Source: Parasitella parasitica NRRL 2501
Taxonomy: Eukaryota; Fungi; Mucoromycota
Direction: 5' to 3'
DNA: 64,000 nt
Assembly: GCA_025201805.1 (NCBI GenBank)
Contig: MU619248.1
Span: 186,001-250,000, forward strand
Part shown: positions 37,464 to 51,719 of the stretch, in pieces
Layout: each line of letters starts with the position of its first letter
How positions within the stretch are numbered: position 1 is the first letter of the stretch
Program-made: the position numbers and the translations under genes
Notes under the pieces: model-generated
Seen by the model: only the letters and a program-made list of their open reading frames with translations
Told to the model about the DNA's origin: nothing
Databases searched by the model: none

Positions 37464-38978
37464 TGTTTTTAATCCTTCAAATTAACTTATTTGGTCGTTC
37501 AACAAGAAAAGGCTCCTTCCTATTTATTTGATGTTTGGTTTTGCTGCGGCAGCCTACCATTAGCATAAATTGTTTACCGCAGCAAAAATACAAGCCTAAT
37601 TTATGCGGATGTTAAAGAGGTAAAATGTTCATCCAGGGCTGAATCTTGCTTGCTTGTTTGTGATGATTGGGAGTTGACTGTGAGCATCATGATGAAATAA
37701 TGCAACCTTTTTATTAGTAAGTGTCAGATATAAGCTTAGCCAAAGTATTATTCTTTACTTTAAACGTATTTACTTTTATTGAAATGGAGGGCAATAGAGA
37801 GATTGAATAATAGTAATACCAAGAAGAATTAAGCAACGAATGCTAACTAGAAATAGAGTAATGTGAAAAATCAGGTTGGTTTACCTTTAAAGCAATGCAA
37901 AGTTCATTGGGTATCTAGCCTTGTTTCTACCTTTTGCTGTCTGCAGATATTCATATGTTGATTTCACCCCTCTTACTAGTGCTATGTATTGATTCACATT
38001 ACATAATGCTTCATTATAATAATGAAATATCCGAATTTACCTAAATGCCGGTTCGAAATGTAAAGTATGAATAATCAGATTTCTCTGGTTCATATTTTTC
38101 TTTTTTTGCTTAAATCCCAAATGCTTCTTCTAGGTAATGTGCCGCCATCAAGTCTCAGCACTTGCTGGTCTTAGTTGCCTTTTATATGGAATAAACTTCC
38201 CCTGTTTCGACCCAAACCCCATTGCTGCCAAGCGCACGAAAACCAGCAATTTAGCCCTATCTTTTTTTTGTACAGAAAACAGGCACTGGCTCGCTTTTCG
38301 ATGGAGGCAATATTCTTCAAAGGTAAGTAAACAAATGTAAAAAGTGGGGATAATTCAATATTAATCGAGCCCACATCCTTGATTTTAATCTTGACCTTTT
38401 AATATTATTGGGTTAGTGATATTCTCTATTTATAAATTGTTTGCGTCTCAAAAAGTGACCAAAATCATCTATTTCTTCTTTTGAAGTTTAGCTTGCTATC
38501 CCAATACACTATATTCCTCGCCAATCTACCTTTAGTAATAGCTTTTGATGTCTTCTGAAATCTCACACAGTTAGATAAAAGTATTACGCATATAAATCGC
38601 TTGAACTATCTTCGATGCAAATTCTGGCCACAGCCATAAAATCACTCGGATCATGAGTTGAATCAATTCTCGGGTTTTTAGTATAGGCGCACATGTAACA
38701 ATAACTTTGGAGATAGACCACTAAAACCAAATTAGCTGAAGCAAATTTTCAATACAATTTTTAATGTTAATTACCAAGGAATTGGCAACATTTATACCGA
38801 TTTTGCCATTCATACATCATGAGAAAGAAGGCATATTCAGACATGTCGTAAAATCTCAGTAGTCACAAGCCCAACCTGATGCTCATATAAAGTTCCCCTT
38901 TTTTTCGTTTGTTCACTTTTCCATCTTGATCGTAATATACAAAATCGTAATATACAAAATAAAGTACTATTTTCTATA

Positions 38979-40746
38979 ATGAGTGAAGATGAAAAACGGT
39001 GGAGATTCGCACAATGTTTCGGTGATAAAGGAGATTCAGATGATATAACAGAAGGTATTGCGTGTCATAGTACTAGATATTATGCTCCCATTTCTTACTG
39101 TTTTGCTTAGCCGATATAATTTCATCTGTTGAATTTGACTACACGGGTGATTACTTGGCAACTGGTGATAAGGGTGGAAGGGTTGTCTTATTTGAGAGAA
39201 ATGATGGGGTATATATCAAAACATATCTAGAGGGATAGAAGGGATTCTTAAAACTGAAAATCAATAGAAAAAGGGTTGCGAATACAAGTTTCACACCGAA
39301 TTCCAATCGCATGAGCCCGAGTTTGACTATCTAAAAAGTTTAGAAATTGAAGAAAAAATCAATAAGATTAAATGGTGCAGAAGAACAAATTCTGCGCATT
39401 TTTTATTGTCTACTAATGGTAAGCAAAAATATAGCTATAGCGAAGTACGTAACAATTTACATCTGCACATTAGATAAAACCATCAAACTTTGGAAAGTGT
39501 TTGAAAGGAACATCAAGATAGCTCATGAGTATGATAATAACGTCACTACTAGAAATGGGCTATTTATCCCAAAGATTACGTATCAGGACAATATTGTCGC
39601 TGCTATACCCAGAAAAATATATGCCAACGGTAAAGTATACACATTAAAAGAGTGATATCCGGAAACTAATGTCATCATTTGCATTCATAGCTCATGCGTA
39701 CCACATCAATTCGATCTCAGTGAATTCGGATAGTGAGACGTACCTGTCTGCTGATGATCTGAGAATTAACCTTTGGAATCTTGATATTTCAGAACAAAGT
39801 TTCAGTAAAGTTATTAGGCAATATCTATGTGTATGAAAGGGTTCTAACAACAATATATATATATAGATATTGTGGATATAAAGCCTGCAAATATGGAAGA
39901 ATTAACAGAGGTTATTACTGCTGCCGAATTTCATCCTCAGCAATGCAATCTTGTCATGTATAGCAGCAGCAAGGGAACTGTCAAATTGGCAGATATGAGG
40001 GAGTCTGCTTTGTGCGATCAAAATGCCAAAGGTATATATGCACAATTTTCAAGAGTAGCCTTCGGCTCATTTTGTAATTACGTGATAGTGTTTGAAGCAT
40101 CTGAAGACCCCAACAACCGCTCCTTCTTTTCCGAAATCATTTCATCTATATCCGATGTCAAATTCAGTCCTGATGGTCGATACATTTTAGCCCGAGATTA
40201 TTTGACACTCAAAATATGGGACATTAACATGGAGAGTAAGCCTGTGCAGACAATCAGCATCAATGACAATCTACGCAGCAATTTATGCGATTTGTATGAA
40301 AATGATTGTATATTTGACAAATTTGGGTGTATGTTTAGTGGCAATGGAAAGTAAGTTTCTGAAAGAAAATGCTTGGGTTATCATATGTCAATATACTCAA
40401 ATGTATAAAAAGGAGTGTCATGACAGGATCTTATAGCAATAATTTTTCCATTTACAATCGTGAAACATGCGAAGAAATTCCGCTTCAGGCAGATAAGAGT
40501 GCTTTCAAAGCAAAACGTTTAGGATCTGCAAAAAACAAGCTGACATTGGGTCGTAGCAGTAAGAGAGATGATACGGATCCGGTGGATTTCAACAAGAAAA
40601 TCTTACATGCATCATGGCATCCACGAGATAGCATAATTGCTGTAGCTGCTACTAATAACCTCTTTATTTTCGCGTAAGTTTCATTTCTTTATATTGGCCT
40701 GCGAGCATACGTGTTTTAATATTTTGCCATTTATTCTAGTGAATAA
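38979..40746 (+). CDS. CDC55: protein phosphatase 2A regulatory subunit B55 (WD40)
   Basis: [96 protein letters not shown]...[11 protein letters not shown]. Many short introns. Final micro-exon inferred; alternative stop at 40677. Confidence 0.95.
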
Positions 40747-43700
40747 CGAATGTTCTTTATCAAGGCCAGCGTATTTTCCCTCCATCATTTGTTTACGTGT
40801 AGTTGTTCAATATATGTATCATTGTTGCCGTTTTTTATTGAAATAAAAGAAGCATTAATTTCCAATGTAAATTATAACATTTTGTCTTATATTCAAATGA
40901 TGGAGTATCTGTAATTAGAGATTATCAAACATACTCCTTGAATTAATTAGGTACTTTATCCCTGTTCTCATGGCTTAAAAGAGAAATGACTGGTTTGACA
41001 AAAACAGTGTACAAGTGTTAGCTCATAGCTACCAAGTCAATTGATTGTCTGGTCAATGTTGCTATTAGCATCACAAAGAAGCTGCTTAGCAGATTATTTA
41101 AGAATAATAGAAAAACAATGTCTCAACCCGAAATCGTTGAATAGGGCGTATGAAATACATTCACTAAACCAGAGGGCTTTTGTTGACAAAAAAAATATGA
41201 CTAAAATATATCCTAATCAATGTCTATCTACTCATAACATTCGATGTTTGACAGGAAGTATCTGCAGCAAAACGCAGTAAAAAAGCAAGATACGATTAAA
41301 ACCCTTCTTTATTTTAAATGTAGATTGATTGTGCAGTAAGCTGTTATTTTACATCTCTATTTATATTATATGGGTGTCGTCTTACTAGCAGACAATTGTA
41401 TTGTTATTTCTTAACAGTTCTGTTATTCTTTATGTTGTGTTATAAATTCTAATCAGCCGTTCTGGCTTAGTAGTATACTATCATACTACTTGGGTTGATT
41501 AGAGATGGTCATTTATTGAGTTGTTTATTGACGTTGTTGATCTAATGATGGATCAAGGATGGCATTTTAAACATGCTTTTATTTATATAGGTTATACAAC
41601 AAAGGCTACACGTCTTTGATCTGATAGTGCCTTAACCTTTATCCTGGTGCTCAGATCTGTGTTATTTACAGGAATAACCTTCTTGATTTGAAACAGAGAC
41701 TTTATTCTCCAATTTACACAAGCGTATCACACATATTGGACACTCTTCAATCTTCAATCGAAGTACATTGCCACACTCTCCTGTCTATAATTATGGCAGA
41801 TCAATCCCCTTGCTGCACTACAAGAAGAAAAGTAAAATGCACTGCATCAGCGCTAATAAACATGGTACTTTTCATTTTTCGAAATGTATATCGAATTAAT
41901 CTTTGTGTTAAAAAACATATATTTTCCATTAAAACGTTCCAAAATTAAGTTGAAGACGTATTGCGCTCCTACAATCATAGGAAAAAAACAGTGAGGGGAT
42001 TCATTTCAGTCAACATGAGATTTCAATTATTATTAAAAATTGCATTATAAAACTATGGGTACAATCAAATTATTGATGTGATGGATTGTTTGGGCAACTG
42101 CATGCATTTGTATCTACTCAGAATATAAGGTGTTTTTGCTGCGAAACAAAAACGTCAAAAATCCCAAGATCAAAGCCAATTGAAAGCCAATTGAAATATG
42201 AAAAGGTGCTTTTAAAGCCCAATGTAATCTATATAGTTTGATGCACAATTTTAAGGCGGACAAAAAACAGTTAGCAAACATATGCAATACTATACCTCTT
42301 ATTTCTTGAGATACCATGCAATGAAAATTTAGGATGTGCGCAAGTTGCAATCGAAACATATTTCTGAGCTTGAATTCACCACTGCAAATACAAGCTTTTA
42401 GCAGTGAAGCACCTTTTTCAATCGAGGAGCAAAACATGACCTCCATAAGCAATATGGTTATGTCTTAATATGAATCAATAGCCAAGATGCTGTAAAATAT
42501 GACTTCAAAAGCTATTTTTATGTAGCTTTTTGACTTGGTTAAATAAATGCCCCTTAATCATAAATACCATCTTTTGCCCCGCTTAAAGGCCCATAATGCA
42601 ATTTCTGATATCTTTACAAACTATTAAGTGATAGTGATACAACCTTCAGCCAAAATCTTCTTTTTTTGCACAATTCTACAACATATTTGAGTTTCATGCA
42701 TATCTGACCACTTTTCAGATTTTGCTATGTTTGGACCCCAAACCTCAGATTTGATTTTCAATTTTCGACTTTGAGTCGACCTTCAGGGTCATTTTCAGGT
42801 ACGGATTTGAGGTCCAAACAAAGGATACAGACTAATACTAGTATGATAACTGCACATCATTACGTCTTCCGATTCCCGATATCTATCTTTACTGTCGAGA
42901 TATTGCCAAAACTAGATTTTGCAGATTTAGCAGATTTTACAGCATATGTTCTTATAATAAGTACCATATTTGGTAACTAAACCAAGTTTAAGTTTTTAAG
43001 TAAAGTAATAAAGCACGTTTTTTTACACCTACTAGTTTTAAAAATGTTGCATTTAAGCTCGAATTTGAAAAGCTTAAGCCAATTTTGACTTTTTACGTTA
43101 AACTTTGTTCTCCAGTTTCTCAACAAACCATTAAGACACTTTGGCTTGAGGTATTATTAAAATCTTTTTGAAACTTGATTCTCTACTAGATGTATTAGTT
43201 TTTAAATGAATAGGTAGAAAAAAATATTTTCTCATATATTTTTAGCAGAGGCTTAATTTATTTTCATAAATTTCAGAGCAATAAATGGAATATAAAGATA
43301 CATGATATAGCAATACAAAAATAGAGCTACAATATAGCTACCGAAAGGTTTTTGTTTAGTCAAAAAATACCAATTTCTGAGCGAGAAAAGCTTGAAAAAC
43401 CGAGTTGATTTTTATCCTTTTGGATGGCTTCATTTTGGCCCTCCAAGTATAGGACCGGAAAATTGTAGATTCATTTTGGTCGAGACAAGATTTTGAATTT
43501 TGGCAAATATATTAAAGTTACAGTTGTGAACAAAATATTGATGTGTAGACATTGACATGATGGCTTGTTTGATTAACTTTATATACCTGAATGTGCTCAA
43601 AATATGCTTGATTTTACTCAAAAACTATCAAAAAAGGCGTTTTTTGAATATTTGAAAATTGGTAATAAGAAAAGGTGTTTCTGTAATGTTGTAATTTATA

Positions 43701-45447
43701 TGGCTGGATGCAGAATTTACTCTTTGTAATAAAACACTTAGTATGCATATCCGATATACCTATTGCGTTTATGAGATATCCAGCAATAAACTATGCAAAA
43801 AAAGGCTCGAAACTGGTTTGGGTCAAATGGAAACACAGTGCTGAGATTCAATCTACAGCCTCTTTTTTGGCTATAAATGAAGGCACCGCCGATTTTCAAT
43901 TTAAGAGCAAAGCATGATTTTACTACGTAACTTGCGTATGTCTCCATATGAATTCATACCTGATATGCTGCATAATGCGGCTCAAAAACCATTTTTATAT
44001 ACCTTCATTTTTGGATGAAATAAATACCACCAGATCTGAAACATTACCTTTTCCCCCTCCTTAAAGGCATAATTTGCAATCACTGCATAAATTTGGTAGC
44101 TGTCGCCATAGCAATCCGTACTCTGATAGATCAGCATTTATGTCAATCAATAAATGGACAGTAGATATGCTGGACCTCTATTCATCACCAAGCTAATTTT
44201 CTTTCAACTGATATGTCTAAAATTCGAGAAGAAATGTATGCTGTGTATGCACTAAAACTTTATAAAATATAATAATAACAAAAACACAGCAAAATAAACA
44301 CAATCCAACGAGGAATAGAGTTTATTTAATTCCCATTCAAGTTTCGAAGTTTAATCAAATATATCTCATTTTCAAAACTAATTAAAAATATATAGAAGCT
44401 TTAGAAAACTATAAAAAAATATGTGCGTATGCAATAAAGCATGAAATAGATGGTTATGTATTTTGATTTGAAATAAAAGCACTTTCAAAAGAGTAAATCA
44501 TGTTAAAATTCGGGCGAAATAGCTTGAATCAACCATTAGGAGTTACGAAATTCAAAAAAGGCGATATTTTAAGCTGAACACTCCGTTTTATTTAATAATA
44601 TGTTTAATATGTTAATAATGTATATAAATGCATGTCGATCCACCGGTACATCTTTTTTTTTTTTTTTTTTTTTTTTTTTGCGGTAGTAGTAATAAAAACA
44701 TTTATACAGAAGTGTGGTAGAAACATCTGTTGGCATTTCAAAATAGTAATGTAGAGCATGTCATAAACGTTTTATGTAACTCGGCCTAATTAACGTACTC
44801 CAAGTCAGAGATGAATTGATATGATTCAACTTTCCTTAGCTAGTAAATCTTGGGTTAGGTGGGAGAGATCGTCCATCTTTGGCTGCTGTAATTCCATAAA
44901 TGATAGTTAAACAATGACCCTAAAACAAGAAAAATTGGATAGCATTGCACACAAACATATTAATTTTTTATATGTAAAAGTGGCTAATGCACAAAAAAAG
45001 AAAAAGGCCCAATAGCGTTTTCAATATTGATTTCTTAATATTGCCAACCAAGCTTGGCGGAGGGGTCCACAAAGAATAAAAGCTCGGTGTAAATAGTCAG
45101 AAATATTGGATGAGAATAGTTCGATGGTTCAATGGAGATATTTGACAGCTTATGCAAAAAAGTTTATGATCTTTTTACTCGGTATTTCTGCAACAAAAAA
45201 AAACTGAAACTTTTTTTTTCTTTTTTTTTTTTTCAATGACAAGCCACTGGTATGAGATTTTTTCCTCTTTCTTGAAAGGATATAACTTTGACGTGAAAGG
45301 TATTTGTATTACCAAGTAATTCTTTTCCTTTTACAAACTCCTTTTAAACAAGGTAAATATCTAACACCCAGAGTTCCATTTTATTCTTTTTATTTCAGCA
45401 ATTTTTATTTTCGACTGTAAAGAAACAAAGCATCAAAAAAGTAGGAT

Positions 45448-47982
45448 ATGGAAAACGCAAAAGACAAACCAGTTTCAAAGGAAGAGCAGCCCTCTACTGA
45501 AGAACAACCGAAGCAGTTGATTCCTGCTCCTATTCCTGAAAAGAATGCCTGGAAAGTTGAAGTGACAGAAAAAATATCTTCCGAGATCATTGAAGTTACA
45601 GCAGGTAAGCATCATCAACTCCAATTGTCATTTTGACATTTGTGCCAACAATCCTATGAAATTAGACTGGCCAGCGCCCAAGGATGCTGCAGTGGAGACC
45701 ACCAACGCTGATGAAAACGACAAAGAGAAGCTTGCTAAGCCAGTAAAGAGCAAAGGACAATGGAAGCCCTATACACCTACTATTGTTCATGCTTCATCTC
45801 CCTCTCGCTCATCTCCTCGCAGAGCTGGTCGTCGCACCAACGGTGAGATCCGTACCAACAAAAAACCCAACAGCGTGCGCAGAGGATCCAAGTCAAAAGA
45901 AACCAACAGCGCTGCCAACAGTGCTGGTGCTCCTACAAGTAAAGACAAAGAGAGCAAGCCCATTAAAGATGAGGAAAAGAAGCCTAAAGCTCGCTCAACT
46001 CGCCCCAAGAATTTATATCGTAGCAGTCAACGCAAGATGCCAGCTTTTGTTAATGTCGATGCTGACACTCTCAAGACCTATATCATGCAGCAAATGTAAG
46101 TGTCATTATATATATATGTGTGTATAAGTGTGTGGAAAGAATGATTGAAACTAACATGTTGAAAAAAAAAAATTTTTTTTTTGCTTGCCTCAAAAAATTT
46201 TTCAGTGAATATTACTTTAGCATTGACAATCTATGTAAGGATGTATTCCTGCGTCAGCAAATGGATTCAAATGGTTTCGTCGATTTGGGGTTTATCGCAA
46301 ACTTCAATCGTGTGAAGGGTTTGACTACTGATCTTGATTTGATCCGCGAAGCCTTGGACAACAGCCAAATTCTCGAGGTAAAGGGAGACAAGCTGCGCAA
46401 GAGAGAAGGTTGGGAGACCTGGCTCATGCCTGCCGTCATTCCCGGCCCTACTCCTGTCAATCCTACTATTCCCAAAGCAACGACTACTGCTGCTGAGATA
46501 GCTAAGCAGAATGCTCCTGCTAATCCCCAACCAACATTAGCTTCTTTGGCTGGAACCACTTTATTACCCGCTGCGGTTCCCAGGTTGGCTGAACGTCGCA
46601 AGTCTGCTGTAGCTAACCCTCAACAAAAGGACGAGGATGATTTATTTGACTTTGACGAAGATGATGACTTTATCGATGGCCGTCGCAACGACACTGTCAA
46701 GAAATATTACCTTTCTGATGAGGAAGACGAGGACGATGATCTTGAGATGGATGATGAGACTGTTGCTCGTATCATGATTGTTACTCAACGCAAGACTGAC
46801 CGTTCTCACACCAACTTCAACCGTGCAAAGATCAATGAAGATATTTCGGATATGATCAACGAGGGGCTCTATCAGTACGAATCGGGTCTCGGTGGCTCCA
46901 AGCAAACTACTGCCAAGGTTGGGTCTGTTGGTAAAGAACAATTTGATCAATTGAAGCATCGTGAACATCAGCATGGTGAGCAGGTTGGTACCCAATTATC
47001 CAGTACCGCTATTACTGCCAAACCTATCAAGAAGAATGAAAAGCCTACGCCTCGTTTCTACGCTGTCCGTCCTGAATCTCTTCCCAGCTCTGCCTTCTAC
47101 GGAACAACTCCTAGCAAGACTAATGAGCAAGGCCATGTTGGTTGGGTTTTGAGCGACCAAGCTTACCACTATAACCCTAACGATATATTATCCACTAGCT
47201 ACGGCAAGTCGCCCGCTGCTGAGGGTATGCTCTCTAGATCCATGGACATGGCACACTCTTTCGGCACTTTCCAACACCCCAGCCACGAATTATTGCGTGA
47301 AAAAGGCTTCGTTCAGCACAAATACTACAAGTATCATGCCAAGGCACTGAGGGAGCGCAAGCAATTGGGTGTTGGCCACTCTCAAGAAATGAACACACTG
47401 TTCCGTTTCTGGTCTCATTTCTTGCGTGATCACTTCAATAAGCGCATGTACAACGAATTCAAGAGATTAGCAGTGGAGGATGCCAACCAAAACTACAGGT
47501 AAATTGCTATTAATGGGAGCAAATTTTCAAGGTTATCTTGACATGTCCATTTATAGATATGGCCTAGAATGTCTCTTCCGCTTCTATTCTTACGGCCTTG
47601 AAAAGCGTTATCGTAAGGAGCTCTTTGAAGATTTTGAGGAATTAACATTGGCAGATTATGAAAGAGGACATCTTTACGGTCTTGAGAAGTTCTGGGCGTA
47701 CACCTATTATCGCAAGGATAAGAAGAAGAGAGAGCTCAAAATCAATGATCAGTTGACCCAGTTATTATCGAAATACAAGTCTGTTGAGGATTTCAAAAAC
47801 GCTGAGACTCCCAAGTCTGAAGCTGATGACACCTACAAAGTTCCTTTCCATGGCGTAAGTTGTCGCATTTAAACATAATGATCGTTATTGACTTTTATTT
47901 TGACTTATAGAAAGCTAGAGGAAGTATCAGTGGACCTGCTGGCGTTGCCGCCAATGCAGCACCTGCTACAACAACCGCTTGA
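45448..47982 (+). CDS. LARP1: La-related protein 1 (La motif plus DM15 repeats)
   Basis: La motif [37 protein letters not shown]15 region FQHPSHELL...[20 protein letters not shown]...[16 protein letters not shown]...[10 protein letters not shown]. Confidence 0.92.
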
Positions 47983-48321
47983 TTTTCATCTATTAATTGA
48001 AGATACTCCCAAAAAAACCAGAAAAGTCTATACGACAGCAACCCTAAAAAAAAATCATAGAAATTCAACCTGCTTACACCTTTCTTTATTATTTTTCCTT
48101 CTACACTTTCTTATATATAAATTTGTCTTGAAAAAAAAAAAAAAAAAAAAAAAAAAATAATGAAAAAAACCCACCCAAATACACGAGTTTTAATGGATTG
48201 CATTAGCTTTTGTTGTCCAAATTTCGTATATACAGTATTACTTGCGGAAACGAGAAAAGCAGCCTTAGAAAATGTACAAATGTATCGAGTGTTTTTATTT
48301 AGAGAAAAAAGAATTAAAAAT

Positions 48322-49442
48322 TTACAAATCGGCAATCTTGACACACATTTTGCCGAAATTTTCACCCTTCAAGACTTTAATAAGAGCTTCAGGGGTGTTT
48401 TCGATACCCTCAACCTCATCTTCTTTGTACTGAACCTTGGCATTGACTAACAAGGGAGTGACTTCGTCAAGGAAGGTCTGTTCATAGTCCATATGATCCA
48501 TGATAATGAAACCATCAAAGCAGAGTCTCTTGGAAAGAACATTCATAACGTTATACAAGGGCTCGGGTTCCTTGAGGTTGTACTGAGAGATCATGCCGCA
48601 AGAAATAATACGAGCAAAGTCATTGGCAACAAGAAAGACAGCATCAAGCATTTTACCACCTACACCGTCAAAGTAGATATCTAGACAAGAGAATAGCGCA
48701 CATTAGTATCAAAGATATACAATTGGATGCTGTTCTGCTATATCACATTACCTATACCATTAGGACAACATCTTCTTAGATTCTCTTCAATATCGCCGTT
48801 TTTGTAATTGAAAGCATCGTCAAAGCCAATAGACTTGATATGTTCTACCTTTTCATCAGTACCGGCAGACCCGACAACGTATAAACCAAGAGCCTTGCCA
48901 AATTGACCAACCAATTGACCAACTGCACCAGACGCAGCACTCACGTAGAGAGTTTCACCCTTCTTGGGCCTGCCGACCTTGTTGAGACCGTAGTAAGCGG
49001 TCATACCAGGCATGGCGAGGACGCCAACATAATGCCTGATGGGAAGTTTGTTCTCCTTGGCATCATTACGAACAACATACGCGTTTTTGGCATATTCAGC
49101 ACTGACTTTCACGTATTCTGCAAAGATCCCTTGACCAGTGCGGCCGTAAACAAGATCATCCTCCTTGTAATCGGGGTTGTTGGATTTGACCACAACAGAC
49201 ATTGTATCACCGGTCATAGGTTCATTGAGATCAAAAGCAGGAGCATAAGACTTGATGCTAGGATCACGCATACGGCCTCTCATGTAGGGATCAACGGAAA
49301 TCTCCAGAGTTTTCAAAATGAACTCACCCTTGTCGAGCTCGGCGTCCAAATCAATGGTGGATTCCCTGATGGCCATGTTCTCCTCAGCGCTAGGGAAAGC
49401 CTCGGGGACTTTGGTAAAGATAACTTGCTTGTTGGCAACCAT
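48322..49442 (-). CDS. NADP-dependent alkenal/prostaglandin reductase-like MDR oxidoreductase
   Basis: ISVDPYMRGRM, LAMPGMTAYYGL, VSAASGAVGQLVGQ, GENFGKMCV. One intron at ~48682-48752. Confidence 0.92.
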
Positions 49443-50584
49443 TTCTAATTAATCTAAGTAGTGTAATGCTGGAAAATCTGGATGAAAAAGGCTTGTTATA
49501 TATACTTTTTCAGAAAAAAACCGAGACATCTGAGGTTCAACAACCCTTTGCTGATTAATGCATATGGGATCTTGAGACACGAAACTCTAAAATCTTTGGG
49601 AGCATCTCAAAATGGGAGGCTCTAAAAATGTAGAGATTCTGGAATAAAGCGTTTTCCAGTGACAGTAACGTATAGGAAGTCTGACGTTCCACAATATAAA
49701 CGAGGAAGGCTGGGCCATATGTGTCCTGCATATTTTAAGGTCATCGTTCGCATGAGAACTAGTTGGTAATTGACAGTTTGAGCATAGGAGAGAAGCTAGA
49801 GAAGGCAGGTGATAGGGCGAGCAAAGGATCAGCACAATGAAATAAACCTTGCGCATTTAGTTCTTAATCTAACGTCTTCCATTTTTCACATCTTCTTCAT
49901 AAGATATCTGTTTCTCATTCAACACTAGCGATTAATAAGCCTTGCTGTACTTTATTTATTTCGTCAGGTATCTTGTTTCAGCATTTAGAGCAAACTCTGA
50001 CCCCAAATACAGCAGCTGATGTTGCATATTGCATGCATGTTGTATTCGACTCTCTCCTGTGTAAATATAAAATTCTCGTTCCAACTAATCCACAAAGATG
50101 ATGGCATCACATTGTACGTGCCCAATGCATCATTGCTGCATGCAGTCTGATCATACATTGATCACCGACCTTTTGTGGTCGGAATTTGCAGAAGTGTTGT
50201 TCTGTGCAGGACATGTTCTGAGATGCATTGTAAGTCGCTCAAGAATATCAGATTTCGCTCTTCAGTGTTAGCTGACAAATCTACTTGAAGAAGACATTCC
50301 GCTATAGTATTAGGCTGCCTGATGTCTAGATGATGCTATCATCAGTATTACGCCTATTTCAGGGATTCCTTGTTGCAGCTCTCTGTAAAACTATTGATAA
50401 ATTAATTATTTAATAACAATGCAATTTCAAATTTACTACAATGAGCGCATATAATATATTACCATATTACAAGTTGCATTGTAATGAAACAAATTACGCT
50501 ATCCTGACACACACATGATTGAATCTCCACCAGAACCAGCAAAAAGTCTTTTGCACCCCACGCAACCATTACAAGTTTTCTTCA

Positions 50585-51525
50585 ATGCGGTTTTTAACAT
50601 TGCCTTTTCAATCGTTCTTTCGGCTATATAGAACCATGTACCCTACTGTCACTATTGCTAATCAGGATATCGCTGTAAAAGGCTGCTCAGATACAAATGA
50701 ATTCAACCAAGTAATGGAATTTCAACCCTTTAAAGACTGGCTCCAAGCATTTCGGGAGCAGCAAAACCAAAGAAAAAACGAATTTGTCATCAACTCGATA
50801 GATATACAGAATATCGATTACTTTAAATCCAAACAGATTGGATTTTTAAAATTCAAAGCAGATGTATCCTTTCAAAAAACCGGCAAAACTGCGCCAGGAA
50901 TTGTGTTTATGGTATGATAAGAGCTTTCACGCTTATAAAATAGGAAATTTTGTATTCATAGTTGCTATTTTAGAGAGGTGGCGCTGTGTCCATGTTGATT
51001 GTTCTCAAATCACCGGGAGAAAAAGACAGGATTTTGTTGACTTTGCAACCTCGCATTCCTATACCGCATCTTAGCTTTCCTGAATTACCCGCCGGCATGT
51101 TAGATGGATCAGGTAACTTTGCAGGAACCGCAGCCAAAGAAATTGAGGAAGAAACAGGCCTAAAGATAAAAGAAGACGAATTGGTGGATATGACGGATTT
51201 GGCGTATGGTGATAAATGGAGAGGCGTTTACCCTTCAGCAGGCGGTTCAGGTACAGTACAATGAAATTCGATTGTTCATTGTGATGTGTATATTAATATT
51301 TAGTTGGTTGCAGATGAGTTTTTGCGATTGTTTGTCTGCATCAAACAAATGGAGAAATCGCAAATAAGTGAACTGGAAGGCAAATTGACAGGCTTACGAG
51401 ACCAAGGAGAGAGTATCACGCTTAAATTAGTTTGTATGGAAGATGCATGGAAGTCATCGCCAGATGCCAAGTTGCTGTCAAGCTTAGCACTGTATGATGC
51501 CTTGAAAACAAAGATCCTTGTTTAA
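50585..51525 (+). CDS. Nudix hydrolase (ADP-sugar pyrophosphatase-like)
   Basis: Nudix box ELPAGMLDGSGNFAGTAAKEIEEETGL, IGFLKFKAD...PGIVFMRGGAV and YPSAGGSDEF. Two introns. Alternative start at 50636. Confidence 0.88.
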
Positions 51526-51719
51526 ATTTGGATCGACATAATATTGCCTTTTGCAGAATTGTTTTCCTTGTCTATAAAAGGATATTTTCAGCAATGAAAA
51601 CAAGAATACATTGTTTATTGTTGTTTAAAATAGAAACAGATTTAAAAAGCTTATATTCCTCTTGCTCGTTCTGTTTTATTTATCTTCTTTTTTTCTTGAA
51701 TTTATTAAAAATATATCAA

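Noticed and set aside
38929-38960. 15-bp tandem duplication ATCGTAATATACAAA upstream of CDC55
   Set aside because: Simple slippage duplication; no further support.
50864-50872. GTATCCTTT U12-type donor look-alike
   Set aside because: Lies inside a conserved coding stretch (FKADVSF) of the Nudix exon.
51528-51719. Upstream extension of the Sel1 ORF from a TTG start
   Set aside because: Begins 2 bp after the Nudix stop in AT-rich UTR-like sequence; ATG 51720 is more plausible.
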